NCBI RefSeq assembly: GCF_001194135.2
Contig: NC_068983.1
Span: forward strand, 38,705,435-38,742,883
DNA length: 37,449 nt
Direction: 5' to 3'
Source: Octopus bimaculoides
Lineage: Eukaryota
Part shown: piece after piece, positions 24,600 to 34,704 of the stretch
How positions within the stretch are numbered: position 1 is the stretch's first letter
Layout of the letters: each line of letters starts with the position of its first letter
Made by a program: the position numbers and the translations under genes
The notes under the pieces: generated by a model
What the model was told of the DNA's origin: nothing
The model's input: only the letters and a program-made list of their open reading frames with translations
Database searches by the model: none

Positions 24600-24812
24600 C
24601 ATGATGTTGATGGTGGTGGTGGTGGTGGCAGAAGCAGTGGTGGAAGCAGCAGCAGCAGTGATGGTGAGAATGACGATAATGATGATGATGGTAATGATGA
24701 TGATGGTAGCGATGGTGAGGGGTGAGAATGGTGATGTTGATGATGGTGGTGGTAGCAGCGATGGTGGCTCCACCAGTGGTGGTGGTGGTGGTGGTAGTGG
24801 TGGTGATGATGA
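24600..24812. repeat. Compound (GAT/GGT/GCA)n trinucleotide tract
   Basis: Direct inspection; the complementary (CAT/CAC)n tract is at 25200-25452. Confidence 0.9.
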
Positions 24813-24888
24813 CATTGGCAATTATCAATAAGTTCCTCTCTTAGAACCGGTCAACATGGTGGATGTATCTTGTCTTTTTTATTTGCAG

Positions 24889-24972
24889 ATTATTGTGGAC
24901 AATTCCAATTGTCTCCTGTATTTCATCAGACAGAGTTTCTAAGTTCCTAATCTTCACAGCTATGTACAATTG
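24889..24972 (+). CDS. Candidate 84-bp internal exon, product unknown
   Basis: Strong acceptor TCTTGTCTTTTTTATTTGCAG and donor TTG|GTAGGT. Only one frame is open (phase 2-2): LLWTIPIVSCISSDRVSKFLIFTAMYN. No homology recognised. Confidence 0.35.
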
Positions 24973-25554
24973 GTAGGTTTTGTTAGATAGCTTTTACTGA
25001 TTACGATGGAAAGTCATTAAGTTAAGTGCTGTGTTAATTTCTCCGTTCCTACATCTAGCTCAGGCACCAGTTCTCATTCTATACATGGACAATAATACAT
25101 GGATGTAACTTAATATCATCCTCTAGAACCCACATTGAGCTTTACAAACAATGATTATTTAGTTTACATTGTTATGTCTCTTCTTTCTCATTTCTCTTTG
25201 GTCATTGTTGTTGTTGTCATTGTGGTCATCACCATCATCGGCTTCATCATTGTCATCATCGCCATCCATGTCACCCACATCATCATGACCACCTTCATCA
25301 TCATCATCATCATCATCACCGTTATCAGTGTCATCATTATTGCCATCATTGACACTGTTGCCATCGTCATTAGAATCACCATCATCAGTGGTGGAGGCAT
25401 CATCATCATCATCATCATCATCATCATTTGCATCATCAGCATCATCATCAACATTTAACATCTGTTTTTCATGCTGGAATGGTTTGACAGACTCCAATAA
25501 GCCTATAGATTGTGTCAAGCTCCAATGTCTGCTTTGGCATGTCCAATCGGGGTA

Positions 25555-25705
25555 GGGGCTTAAACGTAGTAGCTGTATGGTTAGGAAGTTTGCTTCACAA
25601 CAATGCATTTCCAGGTTCAATTTCATAGCATGGCACTTTGGACAAACGTCTTCTACTACATCATGACCAGTGCCTTATGAATGACAGAAGCATGTCGAAG
25701 TCCAT
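25555..25705 (+). mobile_element. SINE family B head, strongly decayed
   Basis: GCTGTATGGTTAGGAAGTTTGCTTC...AGGTTCAATTTC...GGCACTTTGGACAAACGTCTTCTACTA, followed by (TG)n at 25711-25757. Confidence 0.6.
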
Positions 25706-25706
25706 C

Positions 25707-25760
<54 letters not shown>

Positions 25761-25776
25761 AAAAACATTGGGTAAG

Positions 25777-26389
25777 AAATCACCAACTGTCATTGTTTTA
25801 GGGGCTGTCAGCAATGAAGGACATGTGATGCTTCCTTACTTCTTTCCACAAGGCATTAGAGTTAACTCTGACACCTACATTGAGGTCCTGGAAATAATTC
25901 TTAAGCCCTAGATAGAAAGTGCATGCAATGGAAGGCTATATGTATTTCAGTAAGGCTCTGCACTATCACACATGGCTCTAATAACACAGGAATGGATGGC
26001 TGAAAAATTTCAAGATCACATAACCCCTAACATTTAGCCTCCTAATTCCCCAGATCTCAATCCACTGGACTATTACATGTAGAACACTATTGAGAGAGAG
26101 GTCAATGAACATGCCCATAACACTAAAGATTCTTTGAAAGCTGCCACAATCAGAGTAATGTACAAAATGAATCAGGACTACTTGATTCGGGTATGTAGAT
26201 GATTTAGATCTCATATAGAAGCAGTTGCTGAAGCTGAAGGTTATTTATTGTTATTTATTGAATAACATTATAGAAACGAAGGTTTATTTTTATCCTTATA
26301 GCATTTTTTTGATAAATAAAGTTATTATCTGTTATTATATATCTGTTTTTTTATAAACACAAATCTGTCCTCAAATATCTTAGGCACCC

Positions 26390-26391
<2 letters not shown>
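25777..26391 (+). pseudogene. maT/DD37D-type Tc1/mariner transposase 3' part with right TIR
   Basis: One frame from 25777 to 26241: ...YVFQ*GSALSH...*PPNSPDLNPLDYYM*. 37 residues lie between the degenerate second D position and the third D; five in-frame stops. TIR ...TAGGCACCCTG ends at 26391. Confidence 0.9.
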
Positions 26392-26425
<34 letters not shown>

Positions 26426-26961
26426 TAGATAAATAGATATAGGGTAAAGATTAATAATTAATTAATAGTTAATAATTCTACCAAGTAGTTTGGTATGTTA
26501 AAAAACCATTATTGGCAAACTTATATGAAAGTTTTATAATTATAAACATAATTAAAATTATATATATATATATAGTGTAAACAGAGTTAGCGGTTATAAT
26601 AACTGACTAAGGGATAAAATATCCGTATTTACTATCAGTATCCGTTACCCATGTTATCCCCGGGCATTGGTGTGCAGGCACACTATGCACGTAGAGTGCA
26701 GGTAGCAACAGGATAAACACACACGCACACACAGATACCAGCAGACAATCAACATCATATTTTTCATTTAGTTATTATTTATTGGAATGCTAAAATCTTT
26801 GTAGGGCTAGTTGAGGGAGGAGGAGGGTGTTGTGGCTACAGCAGACTGATATGTCAGTCTTACCAAACCAATTTTATTAATATAAATTCAAAAGGTATAA
26901 AAAAAACAAAAATGATGACAAGAAAAACAAAAGTAATTAGTAAGGTTTTATTTATTTGTAG

Positions 26962-27164
26962 AAAAACTTGACTAAGCTCATCAAAATCCTCGTGAATGAT
27001 ACTCTGCCGCATCACCATCTCATCTCTGTGGGTGCAGTACTCAGTTGTCATTTTCTGACAACCCACATTCTTTATAGTAATCTATTTAAAAAATTGGGGA
27101 CCTTCACAACTCCTTCTATACTGAGAGAATTGGTGTGGCTGATGCTGAGTTTGAATGTCGGCAG
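26962..27164 (+). CDS. Candidate exon, helical/ARM-like reading, unassigned
   Basis: Acceptor TTTTATTTATTTGTAG, open frame KNLTKLIKILVNDTLPHHHLISVGAV...PSILRELVWLMLSLNVG, weak donor CAG|GTCATT. An overlapping 77-codon minus-strand frame (about 27073-27310) makes the strand ambiguous. Confidence 0.3.
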
Positions 27165-28742
27165 GTCATTGCTTGAAGAAAAAGCATGAGTTGTGAGGTG
27201 ACTACCATCTGATATAAATGTCTGCAACTCACTGAACTCTGCTAAAGGCACCCAGGGACCAGATGATGGTATTGGGAAACTAGGTGGTCTGTTGGGCCAA
27301 TCATCTTAATGCAATCAATGAATTTATGAAATAAGTTGGTCCTAAAATGATTTGAACTTAGGATCTAGAAGGCTGAATATATATACTCAAAGTCAATTGA
27401 TCTAATTAAATACTATTTCTACCGATCTAGTACCTTAATTTAGGTAAAATATTTATTCACAACATTGATCCATGGCTAAACATTTTGTGGGAGATTATAA
27501 ATTATTAAATCAATACCAATATTTCACAAGTTATTATTTTTATGACCCTGGAAGGATGAAATCAAAGTTGACGTTGGTGTGAATTGAACTCAGGACATGA
27601 AGGAATGCAACTTCATGTCTACCACCAGCCATTTAATACATTAGTTCAAATGTAAAGTTTAATAAATTAAGTTGTTTAGACTTATTAATTTCTAACATGT
27701 AAAAATTTCTCACATGTAAAAAGCTTCCGTGCCGGTGTCACATTAAACGCACTCATGCTGGTGCTGCATAAAAAGCCCCAATGCTGGTGTCACATATATG
27801 TATCCATGTTGGTGCCATGTAAAAATAGCCCATGCCATGCCACAAAAAAGCTTCTGTGCCAGTGCCATGTATAAAGCACCCATGCTGGTGCCTTATGTAA
27901 AAAGCACCCAGTAGACTCTGTACAGAGGTTGGTATTAGGAAGGCTGTCCAGTCACAGATACCATGCCAAAACAGACAGTTGGAACCTGGTGTAGCTTTCT
28001 GGCTGGCCAGCTCCTGTCAAACTGTCCAACCGATGCCAGCAGGGAAAACGGATGTTAAATAATGATGACGAGGATGATGCTGCCGATGCCGATGAGGACG
28101 GGAACAATGATGATGATGACTATCACTAGTTTCCCCGGATCCTGTTGTTTATTTCAGTACATAAATCACGCTACCATTTCTGCAACTCTCCACCCTTTAA
28201 TTTGATAAAATATTATAGTTCAGCCATCTTCAGCTTTTGCAGTGCAAAAGTAACGTTTAGTGAGTTTTAACTGGTTTTTATTGTAGAAAGTTCATAGTGA
28301 ATGTCAGGTTTTGCTTCAAGACTACAATTGATTTCAGTGTGCCAATATTGGCTATTTGAATTATTTGCCTTCAAGTACAACACAGAATGACCAACTATTG
28401 TAGTTTGGTTATCCCTAGTCATCTCTGCTTGAGCAGTTCTGATCGCTCGATTCATTGATTCGAAACACTGGATCAGTTACATACACTTTTGTCACTGTAT
28501 TTTTTGTTGTGGAGAAAATATTGAAGCACTATCAGCATGTTGCATTTAGTTTACTTTTTGTAGATAACTTTTTAATGTCTAATGTTTTTGTATTGATTGC
28601 ATTAGAGATAGTAAAATAGATATCTAATCTTTGTACAACATATCGAATTCACTTATCAGAGATTGGTAACCTCACTCAGTACTGCAAAAGTGAGAGGATG
28701 TGATGTCAGATACACTTTACACATCAGATATATATTCTAGAA

Positions 28743-29212
28743 CTGTGCACTGCAACCTTTTTTTCATCTGTGGTATACTTATATTCTTTTCAAAATTTGG
28801 CGGCACACCTGAACGAAAAATATAGTTAAAAGTATAGGAGAAAAAGTTACAGTATTTTAACACTTTTTTTACCAGTCTCTTTTGCCGAACCGCTAAGTTA
28901 CAGGGACGTAAACACACCAACATCGGTTGTCAAGGGACAATGGGGAGGGAGGAAAACATATACATATACCATATTTTAATGTGTATAAGGAACCCTTTTT
29001 TGTCAAAACTTTGGTGAAAATAATATGGGAGTTTCTTATACACGGATAGTATTATAATCCTTTACAAAACCTTTTTTCTAAATTTTATGTCCAAAAAATT
29101 AGGGGGTTCCTTATACATATTAAAATACAGTATATGCAGGTTACACTGCAGCACACCTAGCATTGTCTAGTGGCACACCAGTGTACTGCAGAATGCCAAT
29201 TGTGGAGCACTG
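28743..29212 (+). mobile_element. hAT-Charlie-like MITE (same family as 13494) with nested insertions
   Basis: Perfect 8-bp TSD TTCTAGAA (28735-42, 29213-20). Contains a SINE B fragment (-, 28861-28945) and a TA-MITE (28967-29132). Confidence 0.85.
28967..29132. mobile_element. Tc1/mariner-type MITE with about 29-bp TIRs (second, inverted and internally deleted copy at 30073-30209)
   Basis: TACCATATTTTAATGTGTATAAGGAACCC / GGGTTCCTTATACATATTAAAATACAGTA. Confidence 0.8.
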
Positions 29213-29444
29213 TTCTAGAAGAGTAATAACTTTGTTTCTCAGCATGGATTAAACTTGGGAGCAGCAAATGATGCAGCAGCCTATTTCAGAATTTGAACCT
29301 GAGTAAACAGTTGAAGATGACAAATGATCTTTTGTTGTTGTTTTTTTCTTTCTAATGAGGTTCAGTTTCAGAGAGAAAGAGAGAGAGAGTGTGTTTATGT
29401 GATTGAATGAAAAGATGTGTATATTGTATGTCTGTGTTAATATT

Positions 29445-29679
29445 TATTTCTTTATTGCCCACAGGGAGCTAAACATAGAGGGGACAAACAAGGACAGACA
29501 AAGGGATTAAGTCAATTACATTGACTCCAATGCATAACTGGTACTTTTTTAATCAACCCCAAATGGATGAAAGGCAAAGTTGACCTCAGCAGAATTTGAA
29601 CTCAGAACATAACGGCAGACGAAATACTGCTAAGCATTTCGCCCAGCATGCTAACAATTCTGCCAGCACGCAGCCCTCA
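29445..29679 (-). mobile_element. SINE family A variant
   Basis: Family A head; TSD TCTGTGT(T/C)AATATT at 29431-44 and 29680-93. Confidence 0.85.
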
Positions 29680-29703
29680 TCTGTGTCAATATTGATGTGA
29701 TGG

Positions 29704-29925
29704 TTTAAGGCAGCAAGCTGGCAGAATCGATAGAATGCTGGGTAAAATGATTAGCAGCATTTCATCCATCTTTATGTTCTGGGTTCAAATTTTGCAGAGG
29801 TTCACTTTGCCTTTCATCCTTTCAGGGTCAATAAAACAAACATCAGTTTAGCACTGGGGTTGATGTAATCAGCTTACCCGCTTCTCTTGAAATTGCTGGC
29901 TTTGTGCCAAAATGTTAAACCAGTG
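29704..29925 (+). mobile_element. SINE family A, CpG-depleted
   Basis: Family A head; direct repeat TTGATGTGAT at 29692-701 and 29926-935. Confidence 0.8.
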
Positions 29926-30689
29926 TTGATGTGATTGGCTGTGTACTCCAAATGGTGTCCTACTTCAGCTGTTGTCAAAACCTCATAGTTATGGGGCTCA
30001 ACTGTGTACCATACTGAGCCATTGCATGTTGACACAAACTAGCAGTCAATTTAATCAACATCAGTTTTTAATTACCATATTTTAATGTGTATAAAGAACC
30101 CCCTAATTTTTGGGGCTTAAAATCTGGAAAAAAGGTTTTGTAAGGGATTATAATCTTATCCATGTATAAGAAACTCCCAAGGGTTCCTTATACACATTAA
30201 AATACAGTAGTACTTTAGTTTATCAACTCCAGATAGAAGAGGGCAAAGTTGACCTTGATTGAATTTGAAATGATAAAGAACTGGGACAGACACAGCAAGT
30301 GTCTGTCCAGTGCTCTAACAGTTCTGCCAATCTTCTGACCTTTGATGTTACCAACTAGTATAGAGTTAAGCCCTTTCGTTATGATATATCTGTTGAAATA
30401 CATTGCTGTTGTTTCTATTACTTTTGATGGTAATGAAGAATTTAGTAAAATAATTTAGCCAATATTAAGCTGGTGGTTTGAAACAAATCATGAAATTTTG
30501 ATGCAAGGTTTAAATTTGGATTGCTTTAACCCTTTTGATACCAGCCCAGCAGAAACCGCAAGTTTCTTATCACACAGCCACTCCTGTGCCTATATGTAAC
30601 GTTTTATGAAAACTACTCACCCCACTTCACCTTTCATTGCTATCTTCTCATTCCATCTCATTCTTTTTTCACTCATACCCCTATATGTG

Positions 30690-31885
30690 TTTTTTTTTTA
30701 CTTGTTGAGCCAGGAGGAAGAGGTACTGCCTATGACCTCAACAGACCCCTCTGAAACTGGTAAGCATAATGCTATTAATGTTCTCTTTGCAAGTCAGCTC
30801 TTGTAAGAAAAGACATTAGCTGGGAGAAGATTCCAGATGGTTAATGTCCTGGGGAAGAAGGACTGGACATTAGTGTGGAGCCAAGATTTGTTTAATGCTC
30901 GAAGAGTGATATGAGGTAGAAAGGTAAATGAGACAGGGAATGGCTTGCCTGAGTGGTGAGGTTGTTAGCCCAGTGAGCCCTGAAGGATAGAGGCCATTAT
31001 AGCAGTAATAGAAAAGGCAGAGAGAAAAGACATCATGTGAATGAGCATGTCTGTTTGTGATGGAATACATATTACTTTGGTGGCTCTTCTTTGGATGTGG
31101 TCCAAGGTATCTGTGTGGGTAGTAGCACCACTGTCCCATGCCAGCATGGAAAACAGACATTAAACAATGATGATGATGATGATTTATATGATCAGATATA
31201 TAATTTGGAAATAAATGTTCATGGTGTTCATGGTGTCATAGTGAAGACCTAATCAAAAACTTTGCAATTAAAAAATGTAGGACAAAGCTTTTCAAATATA
31301 AATAAAATGGAAGTATACTAAAATGAACATTCTTTTTCCCTATTACAATTTAGTTTCACTTTGAAAAATAAAAATTTATTTTATGGCTTATTATTGTTTA
31401 TATTGTTTATATTTTGAATTTCTTATATTTGGGGGCACCAAAATCTTTTAAATGCTTAGGACCTCTATGGATCTTAATCCAGCCCTGGTCCAGCATTTGA
31501 ATAAACTGTACAGGCTCTGATTGCCATTCATATTTAGTGAGAATGTGGTAGAGTGGTGTTTTTTTTTTATATGAGTTTTTTGCTGTTAAAATAAAACAAG
31601 GTTGGCATGGCCCCAATGAAGGAGTCTGACGAGGCCTTTATTTATGGAATCAGTACAGGTTTGGCATGTTTAGGCTACATTTAGATGATGCATAGTTGTG
31701 AAAATGTTTGGGAGGAATGAAGAGTTATGTCATCTGCATAAGAGTAGGTATTGTTGGAAGGAGGCAGCAAGTAGGTTATTGCTGTTGAGAAGGAAGAGAG
31801 TAGAAGACAGAGCTGAACCCTGGTGGGAAACAGGGTAAATTGAGAGTAGGGCAGAAAACTCCATTGGCACATGTTGTAATAGTGC
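30690..31885 (-). mobile_element. Decayed CR1/Jockey-group LINE, RT core to 3' end, interrupted
   Basis: 31490-31885: VSHQGSALSSTLFLL, YSYADDITLH, WGHANLVLFN. 30690-31138: LDHIQRRATKVI, SLCLFYYCYNG, SFFPRT..WN.LP. Poly(A) at 30690-99. A hAT-like end (CAGGGCTGGATTAAG, minus strand, to 31487) and a family D tail lie between the two parts. Confidence 0.85.
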
Positions 31886-32006
31886 AAGCAAGGAAGAGTG
31901 TGTTGGTGTTTGTGTTAGTGTGCGCTTGTGTGCGTGTGTGTGTGTTCATTTGTTCACACATTTGTTTTACGTTTGTTTTTCCTTGCTCGCATAAGTTGGG
32001 GGAACA

Positions 32007-32043
<37 letters not shown>

Positions 32044-32464
32044 TTTTAACGTCCGTATTCCATGCTGGCATGTGTTGGACGGTTTGACTGAGGTCTGGAA
32101 AGCCAGTGGCTGCAGCAAGTTCCAATCTGATCTGGCAGTGTTTCTACAGTAGGATGCCCTTCCTGATGCCAACTACTCCGAGAGTGTAGTGGGTGCTTTT
32201 TATGTGCCACCGGCATAGGAGCCAGTCAGGCAGACCTGGCATTGATCACATTCGGATAGTGCTTTTTATGTGCCACTGACACAAGAGCCTGCCAGGGGGC
32301 ACTGGCATTTATATATATTAACATTATATGTATGTGTGTTCTTTAGATGGTTCCTAAATTTACATGTGTGTGTGTGTGTGTGTGTGTATGTATATGCACA
32401 CATAGACACACACAGAGACTCACACACATAGGTTTGAGTACATATTGATATATACATGTGTACG

Positions 32465-32514
<50 letters not shown>

Positions 32515-33059
32515 CATATATACATATGTGTGTATGTGTGTGTGGAGAGAGTGAGAGAGAGAGAGAGAGAGAGGCTTAAGTATTCTTATGTCGGGAATAT
32601 CATGAACACTAATATAAATTGCAAAACAGTTTCTGTTTGGGAGGGAGTACACTTAATTCTTGCAACTTCCACTGGTAGTTGGTAATTACAATTACCTCCC
32701 GCCGTTGCTGATTATCTAAAAATCGTTCAATTTCTCATGCTCTAACGATCAATTAGATTATGTGCATTTGTGCATGTCAGTTAATATATTGCTGTTGTTG
32801 CTACTGATGCTGTTGTCTTTCATATTGCACGTGATTCATAACAAATTGCTTTGATCCAGTCGGCACGTGTATGTTTATTGATCGGTTGTGTTTATGTAAC
32901 GAACCATGCACCCACGTACTGTGTCTATGTGCGTGGGTATGTATGTATGTGTCTATGTATGTGTATACGCGTAGATAAATAAACCCCTGGGTGTGTGAAC
33001 ATGCATGCATGTTATTTTGTGTTTGTCTCTTTCTTTTGCACGTACACGCATACACACAC

Positions 33060-33061
33060 TC

Positions 33062-33103
<42 letters not shown>

Positions 33104-33450
33104 GTGTGTGTGTGTATGTGTGTGTCTATATATATATTATTTTGATGGCTCCATCCTACGGGCTGTGACCATACAACACCGCCGCCACATACATAGATAC
33201 ATACATACATACACACACGCACACTTACATAATACACACACACACATAAATACACATACACACAGATGTTTATAGGTATGTATATGTATATATTTATGTG
33301 GGTATGTATATGAATGTGTGTATATATATATAATACACACACACACACACACATGCATACACTCATACACACTCACACGCACGCACACACACACACACAC
33401 AACACACACACACACACACACACACAACACACACATACACACACACACCA
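33060..33450. repeat. Compound (TG)n/(CA)n/(TA)n microsatellites
   Basis: Direct inspection; similar blocks at 17990-18290, 32365-32573 and 37040-37449. Confidence 0.9.
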
Positions 33451-33563
33451 TAATGAAAAATGGAGAATTATATATCTTCAAAATTTATTTATTGAAGTAT
33501 TTTCTATCATATTGAAGAAAAAGCTTTAATAAATAAATTTTTTTAAATGTATCATTCCCCATT

Positions 33564-33956
33564 ATTTACATTTGACGGATATTTGTCCTCATCTTTTTTG
33601 TTGTTAACACAACGTTTCGGCTGATATACCCTCCAGCCTTCGTCAGGTGTTTTGGGGAAATTTTGAACCTGGGTTCTCATTCCTAACGATGTTACTATTA
33701 TTATATTATTATTATTATTACTATTATTAATCAGGTCGCTGCTGTGAATCGAACTCGGAACCTTGGGGTTAGTAGCCCGTGCTCTTAACCACTACGCCAC
33801 ATCGTTAGGAATGAGAACCCAGGTTCGAAATTTCCCCAAGACACCTGACGAAGGCTGAAGGGTATATCAGCCGAAACGTTGTGTTAACAACAAAAAAGAT
33901 GAGGACAAATATCCGTCAAATGTAAATAATGTAAATAATTCCTCATCTCTTAAATA
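33564..33956. mobile_element. Non-autonomous Penelope-like element: inverted pseudo-LTRs around a tRNA-like head
   Basis: 132-bp IR arms 33561-33692 / 33799-33930 (about 3 mismatches); 14-bp TSD TATCATTCCCCATT (33550-63, 33957-70); minus-strand A-box (33787-800) and B-box (33746-56); (TAA)n tract. Confidence 0.75.
33840..33885 (+). ncRNA. Minimal type I hammerhead ribozyme motif (mirror copy on minus strand at 33606-33651)
   Basis: Stem I GACAC/GTGTT, core CTGACGA, one extra A, stem II GGCTG/CAGCC, GAAA, palindromic ACGT stem III, GUU cleavage triplet. Confidence 0.6.
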
Positions 33957-34184
33957 TATCATTCCCCATTCTTCATTTTGATATCTTGATTATATACCCT
34001 GTATACCACATGAAATCCAACGAAACGAACTCAAGATTTATTTATAGATGATTTATCAATGTTAATTGTTTACCTTAATCGGTTCTGAATGTTCCCTTAT
34101 AATTTGATGTTGTTAGCCAGATCTTCATTGTATCGGAGTGCTCATAAGGTACATGCTCGAATTTCAAATCCCTATTCATTTATG

Positions 34185-34221
<37 letters not shown>

Positions 34222-34263
34222 AAATTTAATAAATGGAGTATTACGCATATGTTAAATTCTTTT

Positions 34264-34353
34264 ATTTCCAACATATGTTTCAAAGATTACAAGTGGTTCC
34301 TTCCAAAGGAATAAGTGATGTTGATAAAAATGTAATCTTCTCTTCAGGGAAAT
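34264..34353 (-). ncRNA. Type I hammerhead ribozyme motif (Penelope-type)
   Basis: Stem I ATTTCC/GGAAAT, core CTGAAGA, 10-bp stem II GAAGATTACA/TGTAATCTTT, GAAA, palindromic ACATATGT stem III, GUU triplet. Confidence 0.6.
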
Positions 34354-34450
34354 TCATAAGAGCCGACTTAGCTGTAAGACATTTTAACCGAATATATGTT
34401 TATATATATTGATAAAAAAGGTAAGACAACAAAAAAAAAAAAAAAAAAAA

Positions 34451-34704
34451 GACCTTGATATTATGTAAATAGAAGAATTTTATCTGTAAATAATATGTGA
34501 CAATTATTCGGTAGCCATGATAAAACTCCGAGTTTCAGATGCCAGGGCAGAAACCCACACTGCCATCTCTTCAGTTATCTAGCCATCGAAGCATTCTTCG
34601 ATGGCCAGATAACTGAAGAGATGGCGGCATGGGTTTCTGTCCCGGCATCCGAAACTCAGTTTTATCATGGCTACCGAATAATTGTCACATATTATTTACA
34701 GATA
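34451..34704. mobile_element. Penelope-type pseudo-LTR foldback: near-perfect palindrome 34481-34704 with a hammerhead motif in each arm
   Basis: Arms 34481-34591 / 34596-34704, loop CATT. Motif GATAA-CTGAAGA-GATG..CATC-N-GAAA-CTC(GG)AGTT-TTATC at 34608-34666 (+) and 34519-34579 (-). Confidence 0.7.

Noticed and set aside
24546-25626. Poly-Pro/Thr/His/Asp/Met/Ile ORFs
   Set aside because: Translations of trinucleotide microsatellites, open in most frames on both strands.
30714-30759. Apparent plus-strand exon with donor CTG|GTAAGC
   Set aside because: Lies antisense within the LINE 3' end; the polypyrimidine tract is the LINE poly(A). Exonisation is possible but unsupported.
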